From: Takakia lepidozioides
Taxonomy: Eukaryota > Plantae > Bryophyta
DNA: 64,000 nt
Reading direction: 5' to 3'
Assembly: GCA_030704615.1 (NCBI GenBank)
Contig: CM060734.1
Location: 14,384,001-14,448,000, forward strand
Numbering within the stretch: position 1 is the first letter of the stretch; each line of letters begins with the position of its first letter. The notes under the pieces were generated by a model. It ran no database searches. It worked only from the letters and a program-made list of their open reading frames with translations, and had not been told where the DNA came from. A program made the position numbers and the translations under genes. This document shows positions 25,595-35,779 of the stretch, one piece after another.

Positions 25595-26031
25595 GGCCCC
25601 GGCCGCACGGCGCGGCTAGCGTAGCAAGCCTGCTAACGTCTTAGCAGGCCCGCTTTCTTAAATGCTGCTTCAATTAACTTTATCACTGCCGCATTGAAAA
25701 GTTAGCATAACATTTGTTATGCGCAGTTTTAGTTATAAACTATTGTTCGCTACCCCTGCCCGATTTCCCTCAGCCGCGTTTGCTAGCCATTTTTCCTAGA
25801 AACGGCGAAATGGCGTGGGCAGCTGCCCGAAAACAGCGCTCCAGCTTAGATTTAGCACTAAGGGGGGAGGTACTCCTAAAAGTCGCCATAAACTACAAAT
25901 GATTAGTTAATAGTAGATAGCAGTAGTTAGAGCTAAAACATTTAAAGCAGGCCCGTGCGGCCGTACTTTTGTAGTTAGTAGTAGTTAGGCACTAGCCTAA
26001 CAGACGTTAGCAGTGTGGTGCGGCCGGGGCC
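25595..26031. mobile_element. PIF/Harbinger (Tourist-like) MITE, 437 bp
   Basis: Perfect 14-bp TIRs GGCCCCGGCCGCAC (25595-25608) and GTGCGGCCGGGGCC (26018-26031); TTA target duplication at 25592-25594 and 26032-26034; no recognisable coding capacity. Confidence 0.93.
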
Positions 26032-26059
26032 TTAGACAACCAAGTTGTGCTCATAAAGA

Positions 26060-26482
26060 CTGGCCGCATTTCTGTTGTATCGGAACAAAGCATCCCAGTG
26101 CACATGACGGAACAGAAATGCGGTGCCGCATTCCCGTTCGATATCGTCCTGTCTCTGATTGTGAACAAAAATGCGGCACCGCATTTCCGTCAACTGGGCG
26201 GTACCGCATTTCCATCCACTGTACCAGCAGGCACATGGTGGAACGGAAATGCGGTACCGCATTTCGGTCAAATGGGACAAGTAAGCCACGGTGGAACAGA
26301 AATGCGGCACCGCATTTCCGTCGACTGGGACACCTTGGATAGGCAGGAACGGAAATGCAGTGTCACATTTCCGTCCACTGTACCACCTGGCACATAGTTG
26401 AACGGAAATGCGGTGCCGCATTTCGATCCTGTGTACCACCGGGCACATGGTTGAACGGAAATGCAGTGCCGCATTTCGTCTG
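26060..26482. repeat. Phased palindromic repeat array A (30-bp repeat + 23-nt spacer, 53-bp period)
   Basis: Consensus GAACGGAAATGCGGYRCCGCATTTCCGTCC; cores at 26114, 26167, 26245, 26298, 26351, 26404 and 26457. Confidence 0.95.
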
Positions 26483-26949
26483 GGATGTTTCTTTCTAAAT
26501 TGTGAAACATATGCCAAAATAGTAAGACAGTAAGAAATCACATGTTGACGGTGGACTCCGAACTCTAATTGAAAACCTTGCAAACTTCAGGCAGACAAGG
26601 ACAACAATAGAAGTACAAGAACCTCAACACATCTCAATTCAGAAGAGAAATCCATATTTCACCAAAATTTTATATTTGTTCTGGATGGGAAGAAGTCACA
26701 AAATATGTCCTCTCTAAATAACTTATCTCCCCAAATGGAGGACAACGCTACCACGGCCTGTAGAATTGAAACACCTCCGACAATGTCCTTAGGTTCCCCG
26801 TTCCGATGCCTATTCCATTGTGTTCAGATCGCCTACAAGGACGACGGAGTCTTCAAAGAACAGGTCCAGAATGAGGAGTGGCGCTGTATTCGTCTAGTCA
26901 TCATTGCCGGTACCTGGATGGAGATGGCGCACATGAAGATACAAGACAT

Positions 26950-27454
26950 CTAATTGGTGAGGTTCGTGAAAACATGCAGGTATTCCATGCCAGGTGGGAG
27001 ATCCTCAACATCGTCGTGGTACTCGCACGCGTCCAACACAAACCTGTTCCGGTTCTCCCTCACTGTCAGCAATATATTCCCGGGCCCTGAAAAGTGAGTC
27101 ACCAACTCAACAGCCCGATCAGGTAGGAGGTACTGTGGAGGTGGGGTGTAAGCATGGTAGTACGACCTGACGAGCTCCCCACAACAACATCTCATCATGA
27201 ACAGACGCACACTTCGTCTCCCTGGTCTGTCTCGCACAACAAGTATCCACTGTTGTCCACTTTCGGGTCTCACCCAACGAGAATCCCAAAGAATTGCCCG
27301 GAAACTCGTCACCATGGGCGTCGGTCCATTTTTTTTTCCCCAAAGCTGCATTCAATGCTTTTCTAGCAGCTCTTCTCACCTTCCGTAGATAATTTGTAAT
27401 GCAATTTCCCCCTCTGAAACCCACAACGGCTATGCGCACAACGGCTATTCTCAC
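26950..27454 (-). other. Coding-like remnant of unknown function (possible cargo of the palindrome-array element)
   Basis: Overlapping ORFs 26950-27351 and 27119-27454 between array A and the L1; no recognised motif. Confidence 0.3.
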
Positions 27455-27486
27455 CTTCTGTGCATTTTTTTCAATAAGTCCTGACG

Positions 27487-30192
27487 TTTTTTTTTTTTAA
27501 GGGGATGGAGCCTTTTTAATCAAATTGAGAAACGAGGAAAAAATAACCTCGTGGGGGCCATTAGGCATTACAATCGGGGGGAACCTCCCCGAGCACCACT
27601 ATGGGGAGCTAAAAAAACCAGTCATGGTTTTACTGGGGGATCAACAGCTTGAAAAACCAGACCTTAGAACCAAGCACATAGGCATAAATCTAAGAAAGAG
27701 GGTTCTACCATCTATGCCTGAAGCAAAACAGAGCCACAATGGGGAGCTAAGACACCAGTCATGGTTTACTGAAAGAAACAGCAGCTTTAAAACCAGACCT
27801 GAGAACTAACCACTAAGGCATAAATCTAAGAAGAAGATTTCACCATCTATGCCAGTAGCAAATCAACGAGCCTGCAGAACCAACAATGCAAGGGAGAACA
27901 GATGAACCAAACCGCCGCCTAGCGCTTGGTTCTGAGGGCTTCAAAATTAAGGTGAGCCTTAATCTTTGAGTTCTTGTTCTTCCTGTGTTTCCAATTAATG
28001 TCTTCCTCGAAGTCCAGACGCGATGGCCAAGGGCTAGAGGGGCCCTCATTGGGCGGTGACAGGAGAGTGGAAAGTGCATTTATCCCCATCTCTGGTGTAG
28101 ATGATGTCTCGCCACCCCCACAAATCGTCGAACTCTTGAAATAGCTTGGTCCGTTTTGCTTGAGAACATCTGCAAAGAGTTGCCACCACCCGCCCCCATG
28201 CCTTCCTCCCCTCAACCCATAGATCAAAGAAGATCCTCTTAAGCACCGCTCTAAGACAAGGAAATTCGGAGTCATACCAATTAGCACACCTGGATTTCCA
28301 AATATGCCAGAGAGTAAGAGAACGAATGGAAGACCAAACCTGGCACCTATGCCAGATGCCAGTACCCTGAATATTAAGCAAGTGAATGGAAGCCACATTG
28401 GAATGAATTATTTTCCACGGGGCATAGAAGGCACGGACTGTGGACCAGACAGATGCAGCAAAGCAACAGAAGAAAAGCCCGTGCTCCAGGGTTTCAGTCT
28501 CCCTTGCTATGCACATTTTGTAGAGAAGAGGGGGGTCAGAGATATATGCACCAAATGGGAGGATTTTATGAGCCAGTTTCCACAGAAAGCCAGAGGTTTT
28601 GGCTGGGAGATGCCAAGTAATTTTCCAGACTGCAGCCCAGTCTGTGCTTGGGTCCAAGAAGCCCCTCCACTTATTTTCCCATTTGGATTTCATAGGGCGA
28701 GAAGGATGTATCAAAGAATAACCAAGTTTGGCTGTGTAACCAAAGAAATGATCCTTCTTCTCAGAAATCCATGTCCACTCTCCAGGATCAAAGGGCAAAT
28801 CTATCAGCGGCTTGCCATCAAACCAATGCAAGTCGACCTTAGAGAGCCAATCCTGCCAACCTTCTTGAGGGGGGACAGGGTCAACCTTGCCTATGATAGC
28901 GTCAAGCACTCTGATCCGAACCAGACAACTTGTGGGGATGTCGACCCAAGAAGAGAGAGGGATGAGCCTATTTTGCAAGCTCCGGAAGCCAATACCTTTA
29001 CAAGATATAGGTGTTTCCGAGAACACAAACAAGACATAGAAAATTGCAGGCGGTATGCATCCCTGCCAGGAACCTGTGAAGATCAAATTCCTTCTCATCA
29101 GCGTCGATCAGCCCACAGGCAGCTCAGCCAAGATTGTTGGGCCAGATAGACGAGCTCTTCTGGCTCCCATTGCCGAGGCCAAGTGGTGGAGGGGAAGCAA
29201 ATCCTGCAAATTGTGAGACCAAAGCTTGGCAAAGGTGGAGATTCCTGCCTTTTCCCACTGGGCCCAGCGAGCAGAGCAGATCACCAAGGTTTCACTGTCT
29301 GCATTATAGTTCCCAAATATAGGCTGCCGCAACACTTCCTCCTTAAAAGTAGGGATTGATTGAGCGAGAAATTGCCTTATGTGATGCCCATCGGGTGGAT
29401 GGGAGCCAAAGGGGGGAGGTAGAAGGAATTGCAACAGCCATACAGTCTTTCAAGAGCCAAGACCAGGGAGCTGATGGGTTCATAAGAGCGCGTGGAATCC
29501 ATTTGGCAAGCAAGGCTGTGACTTGGGATTGGAAATCAAGAATGCCCAATCCTCCATCCTTCTTGCTCATACAGAGCTGATCCCAAGAGACAAGAGCTCG
29601 CCGCTTATGAGCCACAGATGGGGCTCCCTAGATGAAATTCCTAATAAGCTGTTTGATTTGCTTGCTAAGAACAGCCCTGGGATCCCAGATGGAGGCAATA
29701 AACCAGGATGAAGCCAGAAGAACTTGGTTGGCAATGAGAGCCCTTCCCATGACTGAGAGCCTAGCCGAGCACCAGTAGTTTAATTTTGCCTTGAGCCTGG
29801 CCAAAACAGGGATGAAATGCTGCTGTGTTGAGAGACCGGTTCCCACCTGGTGTCCCAGCAAGGTGTATGCCTCTCCATCTCTAAGCCAACGAATACCACC
29901 CCAACAAGGGTTATGGGGGATGGAAGATGGCTGCACCCTAGAACGCAAGGCCAAGACTTCTTGTCCCAATTGACCAAAAGTCCAGAAGCAGAGGAGAATT
30001 CCTGAATGTTCTTGAGGGCCCGAATAATTGGGGCCATTGAATCATTGCGAAGGAAGAGAGTGGAGTCATCTGCATACATGGAGGTCTTGAGGTGCTGATC
30101 AGGTCCAAGGCGGAGACCTTCGACCAGGGGGTTACTGTCCAAAAAATACCCTAGACTGTCTGCAGCGATTACAAAAAGAAAATGAGACAGGG
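27487..30192 (-). mobile_element. L1-clade LINE, 5'-truncated (RT motifs 4-7, zf-RVT region, 3' UTR, poly(A))
   Basis: PLSHFLFVIAADSL, SMYADDS, SASGLLVNWDK, LSVMGRALIANQVL, VSWDQLCMSKKDGGLG, PAKTSGFLWK, ETLEHGLFFC, LWHIWKSRC; T12 tract at 27487-27498. Confidence 0.93.
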
Positions 30193-30768
30193 GGAAATGC
30201 GGCACCGTATTCCGTTTTGTTTATAACTGACGGAACTCATGAACGTAAATGCGGTGCCGCATTTCCGTCCGGAGCATTCCCGTGAAACAGTCCAAGTGAA
30301 AAGGGGGACCAGATTGAGAGACCACGTCTATATGAAGATATGGTGGAACGGAAATGCGGTGCCGCATTTCCGTCCGAGGTCCATCAGTCAATGCGTCATG
30401 ACGGAAATGAACGTAAGTGATGAAACAGAGGAACGAAAATGCGACACCGCATTTCCGTCCGAGGTCTACCTTTCAATCGTCCAGAACGAAAATGCGGCGC
30501 CCCATTTCCGCCCAACATGTAAACCATGTGACAGTGGAACGGAAATGCGGCACCGCATTTCCGTCCGCGGTGTACCTTTCTACTTTCCAGATCCGTCCAA
30601 CAAGTAAGGCATATAACAGTTGGACGGAAATGTGGAACGGAAATGCAGCACCGCATTTCCGTTGTGCATATAAGTCATGAAACAGTGCAACGGAAATGCG
30701 GCGCCGCATTTCCGTCCAACAAGTAAGGTATGTAACAGTGGAACGGAAATGCGGTGCCGTATTTCCGT
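30193..30768. repeat. Phased palindromic repeat array B (same repeat, 53-bp period)
   Basis: Cores at 30193, 30245, 30350, 30435, 30488, 30541, 30639, 30692 and 30745; perfect GGAAATGCGGCGCCGCATTTCC at 30692-30713. Confidence 0.95.
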
Positions 30769-31111
30769 TGTGATTAGTCAGTTCTCGCCAGCACGGCAAG
30801 ACTTTGCAATAGAAGTCTGCTGGCTAGCTGAACGGTATCTAGCCGATTACCCCCTTGAAAAACCCCGCTCCCTTATCAAGCTATCTCTAGCCCAGTCACA
30901 TACTACTCTTCCTCCGGACATCCTAACACTTTTTATAGAATCCTTTCACATTACACACTCCTATTCTAGCCTGCTTACATGCCCTATGACGCATTCGTCA
31001 TACTCTAGCCCTCACCCTAGAGACTATGTCGTGCGCATACATATCGCTATACAACTACATCGCTGTCCAAACCACACCACACATATATGCACAATAAAGT
31101 AGTCTGCCACA
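30769..31111 (-). mobile_element. Probable 3' LTR (~343 bp) of the adjacent Gypsy element
   Basis: TG...CA ends; its last ~80 bp recur at 31470-31548, next to the polypurine tract (+ strand cgcccccct, 31551-31559). Confidence 0.6.
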
Positions 31112-31548
31112 ATCTGTCAAGTTAAATAAACACAGTGTGAAACTAACTAGAATAAAACTAGTTATTTGTATTTAACACTTGGATTTAGTTCAAGTGTTAA
31201 GTCAGGTGTCAAGTTTGAGCTTGACACCTGAACTATCTTATTTTCACGAGAGCGTCAGTGGCGCAGCTTATCTCTCTCGAGTTGAGCCTGCGCGACCGAG
31301 CTCCTTCATCGCTTCAGGATTGAGTGTGCTTATGATGGGAGTATAGGTTGTTGTGGGGTGGAGTCCCCACAGCTTGGGGTGCCCCTGGCTCGACTTCTAT
31401 TTTAAAGAGTGATAGCGATGGATTCATGTTGTTTCTAGTGTGAACAGTGTGTCTCTATGCTTGTTTATCGCGCATACATATCGCTACACAACTACATCGC
31501 TGTCCAAACCATACCACACATATATACACAATAAAGTAGTCTGCCACA

Positions 31549-33680
31549 ATCGCCCCCCTAGCTGGTGGATAGGTCCCTCTGCCTCCAGATAACTACAAGA
31601 TGTAATAGCCACAGCCGTACTAAGTCCTCTATCACTGTCTCTATTGTACTCAAACTCTATAGACCAAGAGGCCGGGTACAAGAGTAGCCCCATTGTTAGT
31701 CGCCGTCTTGCAATCTGTGAACTTGAGCCAAGATCTCGTGTGTTCAAGGTCTCCTAGTAGCTTGGCCTTGCATTTCTTGTTAGTCTTCCATGGTTGTATC
31801 CACTCCCACTATCCAATGCAATGTGGACATAACCAATCCCCATTCAGAACCATCTCAAGAGGTGGTGTCAAGCATCCCATATGCCAACCTCTAGAGCATC
31901 GATCACACACCAGCATGGTGGCTGCCCCTCTAGCAGACCCACACAACATGCACCTCAAACCTGCAGATACCACTGCCAGGTTTGGATCAATCCTGCCATC
32001 GACATTCGGAAGGTGACATGGCGCACAATTACGCACATGGTCCTTCCAAGTTATGCCATCCCGACCCTCCAAGACCAAGACGCCTGAGGGAAAGACCTCT
32101 CGAACCCTCAAAATAACACGTCCTGCAGTCACATCCAAGGTCGTAGGAGCAGTCTGCTGCAGATAGACATAGTCACCAGGGTTGAATCTCCGAACCCCAG
32201 GACGATAGCCCCCACCACGGATGGTAGCATACCTCAACGTATCACGGTGTTGTGCAATGGCAAGGTTCTCGAAAGCCATGGGCATGACTTTCTTGAGCAA
32301 CTCTGCACGCTGCTCACATGCACGTGCCCACACGTCCGGATTGTCAAGATTAAGAACTGTAGCAAGTTCTCTGCGAATGGATGTAGGCAAATCCGGCTCT
32401 CGGCCAAAAAGAAGAAAGTATGGTGAGAAGGAGGCAAGTGATGCTTGCTTGCTGAACCTATAGCCCATGGCTAACCAGGGTAATTGAAGGTCCCAATCTC
32501 CTAGGTGTCCCTTCTGCAAGCCATACTTGCGCAAACCCCTCTTTACTGTCTGAACAACTCTCTCTGCCAAGCCATCGGCCTTTAGGATGATCCCGAGAAG
32601 TGGTGCGGTGGTCTATCAAGGCCTTGTCACACAAAGCCTGAAACTCCCCCAAGAACTCTCTCCCTTGGTCCGTGAGCACCGAATCGGCTAAGCACACAAT
32701 CCAAGAATGTATACGCAGCTCCCTCACTAGCCTTATCAGGCAATGGAACCAACTCAATCCATTTGGAGAAGTGCTCCACCATCACCAACACGTACTTGTT
32801 GTGACGCATGGTCAGTGGCAACGGCCCTGCGAAGTCAAGACTCCACCTGTAGCCAATCCCATGATCGGAAGAGGGTGCAATTGTGGAGTAAGGGCGTTGA
32901 ATGAAGCACGCACCCTGTCACACACCATGCACCTAGCCACAAATTGTTGCACCTCTGTGTGCATACCATGCCACCAATACTGCCCCTGCAGTAGGCTATG
33001 GGTGCGTTGCACCCCAAAATGCCCCAACTCCTCGTGGGCATGCTGCACTAACCGTGCTCGCTGTGTTGGGTGAGGCACAATCCTCACTCGACCATCCTCC
33101 CACACTCGGAGCAGGTGTGTCCCCTCCTACTTGAACCTCTTGGCTCGTTGTAGGATCTGATCCCTCTCCTTGGCAGTCACAGTGGCTGCAGTGTCTCCAG
33201 TGCGGAGGTAGTCCAACACAACTGAATCCTCATGTATATCTTTGGCGCCACCTTGCTCATTGCTGGCCTCAGGGTCCTCAGACACTTGATCTACAGTCAT
33301 CCCTGTTGCAGTCCAACCTGGCCTTCCGCTGCCAAGATACACAGAAATGCAGATGCATGCCATCCGGGCACCATCTCCTCATCCGTCTCACCATGCCACC
33401 GAGCTTTAGTGTCATCCTGCTGGCTCGTGCATGGATTGCGACTCAACCCATCTGCATTGCGATTGACCAAACCCGGTCGATGCACCATCTGAAAGTCATA
33501 CTCTTGAAGGATGAGTACCCACCGTGCAAGCTTCCCCGTAAGCTTGTCTGACTCCATCAACCACTTGAGTGGTTGGTGATCCGTGACAATGGTGAAGAGA
33601 TTGCCGTATAGATAGCACCTAAAGTGTGCCACGGCCCACACTGCAGCTAAGCATTCTCCCTCATATGAGCTATACTTAGA
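31549..33680 (-). mobile_element. Ty3/Gypsy pol remnant: RNase H, integrase and C-terminal PHD finger
   Basis: YSSYEGECLAAVWAV..TDHQPL..ADGLSR (RNase H); AHEELGHFG..C..C (HHCC); LTDQGREF, AERVVQTVK, SPYFLLFGR (integrase); CMLC..MLVCDRCSRGWHMGCLTPPL..GDWLCPHC (C4HC3 PHD). Frameshifted and runs into the gap. Confidence 0.93.
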
Positions 33681-34180
33681 NNNNNNNNNNNNNNNNNNNN
33701 NNNNNNNNNNNNNNNNNNNNNNNNNNNNNNNNNNNNNNNNNNNNNNNNNNNNNNNNNNNNNNNNNNNNNNNNNNNNNNNNNNNNNNNNNNNNNNNNNNNN
33801 NNNNNNNNNNNNNNNNNNNNNNNNNNNNNNNNNNNNNNNNNNNNNNNNNNNNNNNNNNNNNNNNNNNNNNNNNNNNNNNNNNNNNNNNNNNNNNNNNNNN
33901 NNNNNNNNNNNNNNNNNNNNNNNNNNNNNNNNNNNNNNNNNNNNNNNNNNNNNNNNNNNNNNNNNNNNNNNNNNNNNNNNNNNNNNNNNNNNNNNNNNNN
34001 NNNNNNNNNNNNNNNNNNNNNNNNNNNNNNNNNNNNNNNNNNNNNNNNNNNNNNNNNNNNNNNNNNNNNNNNNNNNNNNNNNNNNNNNNNNNNNNNNNNN
34101 NNNNNNNNNNNNNNNNNNNNNNNNNNNNNNNNNNNNNNNNNNNNNNNNNNNNNNNNNNNNNNNNNNNNNNNNNNNNNNNN
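33681..34180. other. Assembly gap (500 N)
   Basis: Run of n. Confidence 1.
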
Positions 34181-34907
34181 TGATAAGGAGGAATCCAGAT
34201 GGGGGCTGTCCTGCTCCTACTTTTACAGGAAATTTGTCCATGCAAAGTTTGCGGAGGCGACAACCACCCAGTTCTGGTTCTGCAGGCACGACATTATGAC
34301 TTGCGTGTATGGAAAGCCCAAGTACGGCATACAGACAATGCCAGAGGCTCCCCCGGTGTGGCCGGTGGAACCAGGCAGCGATCTGAGTCAGGTTGAGGCC
34401 GACGCCCTTACCCCGCCGGATTTCGGATGGTGCATCGCACTGACGTGCCAGACAACCATTTCCCCTTTCCCACACAGCCTCCACACCACCGACCCCTGTA
34501 GAGCAACGAACAATGGGACACAAGACGACAGCTCTAAGCATCCTACACACCGTTGGGGGAAACCGAGAGGCGGCGACCTCCCTCAAAAGTGAACGAACAA
34601 GGATGGGGAATGCACTTCGGATGAACTGTACAATCCAGAGCTCGCAGAAGTGCCCCCACCAGGATTCGGGCGTGTGTATCAGATGGCCACGGCGGGCTCA
34701 GCTGTTCGCAATGAGGTGTACACCATCACATTTCAGAATTACCCACCTTCATTGCACCGACTTCCAGATCATGGCGAACAAGGGGGCTCATACTGCCCTT
34801 GCAAGCATTTGTACTACGTGTACCTAAAGAGACTCCGTTGTAATTCCACAACTCATCACTTCATACATGCACCAGGGTTGAGCCCCCAGGAGTTCACACT
34901 CTTCTGA
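34181..34907 (+). pseudogene. Frameshifted SWIM-type zinc-finger gene remnant
   Basis: Joining frames gives ...APTF..FWFCRHDIMTCV..PPVWPVEPGSDLSQVE...YTITFQNYP/HCTDFQ/YCPCKHLYYVY..FIHAP.LS, consistent with SWIM CxC-xn-CxH. A copy of the array palindrome lies at 35179-35200. Confidence 0.65.
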
Positions 34908-35514
34908 ATATGGATCCAGGGGACAGTGAGCTTGGCTTGCGGTCCCATACAATGGTACGCCCATCGGATAGTAGACTGTAACTGCTGCCAGTACCACCGT
35001 CTCAGACTCTGGCCACACAAAGGTCCGACATTGTTCTTGCCTACCAGTAACCTGTTTTGATCGAACTAAGATATTACTATATCGTTCACATTGTTTCCAC
35101 GTGCATGTATTTTGTATGTTGGAGGGTTCATGTTTTTTCTGCTTTCCGAAAATTGCTCTCCTCATTCGACTCCGACAAGGAAATGCGGCGCCGAATTTCC
35201 AGTATCGTCGTAGGTACCCCCAGGGCTGCCCTTCGCCAACACCAAACCGCTCCGAAATTTCGCACGTGCGAACCCTAATGCGGCACCCTTTCCTTTTCCC
35301 AGTTCAGTTGCAAACCTTTCCCTCCGAATACCCGAAGAAGACAAGATTGTGAAGTACTGCAGACTGTATTGGTGCAGACTCCATTGGTTTCAATCGCGGC
35401 AAAAGGGTCAGCTTCATTCCAATGTTAGGGCATGTAAAACCGCGGAATACTCTATACAGGCCAGTATGCGACGTCCTTTTGCAGTGGTATACTGGATTTT
35501 CCCGTTGCACGGTC

Positions 35515-35779
35515 ACTTATTTCCATGAGCGGATCTATAAAACCATGAGCGGACTTGTTACTGACGACATATCTTTCGCCCATTACAGATCTGGAACGTC
35601 CAAAAACGGCAAGGTCAAATAAAAAACTATTATTTTAATACTTGTTTAATCTGCCGCATTTCCAAATTTGGAGGAGTCCGCTCATGAAATCCGCGTATCT
35701 TAGACTTCGGCTCACCGCTCATGCGCTCATGCGGCTCATGGCTCATGGCTCATGGTTTCTGCTCATGAAATAAACTCTA
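35515..35779. mobile_element. Possible DNA-transposon end (hAT-like ...AAACTCTA) with GCTCATG subterminal repeats
   Basis: CATGAGC at ~35524 and 35544, many GCTCATG at 35680-35767, and ttatttccatgagc inverted to gctcatgaaataa. It abuts the first satellite unit. Confidence 0.4.

Noticed and set aside
28304-29149. 281-aa + strand ORF
   Set aside because: Antisense shadow of L1 ORF2.
26060-30768. True CRISPR array
   Set aside because: Eukaryotic context, no cas genes, degenerate repeats and several mutually related spacers. Reported as a phased repeat instead.
416-30768. Palindrome centres match HincII (GTYRAC) and BanI (GGYRCC) sites, hinting at MTase targets
   Set aside because: CpG deamination of GTCGAC and GGCGCC explains the YR degeneracy more simply.
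33297-34586. 429-aa and 195-aa ORFs spanning the gap
   Set aside because: Artefacts of translating through Ns.
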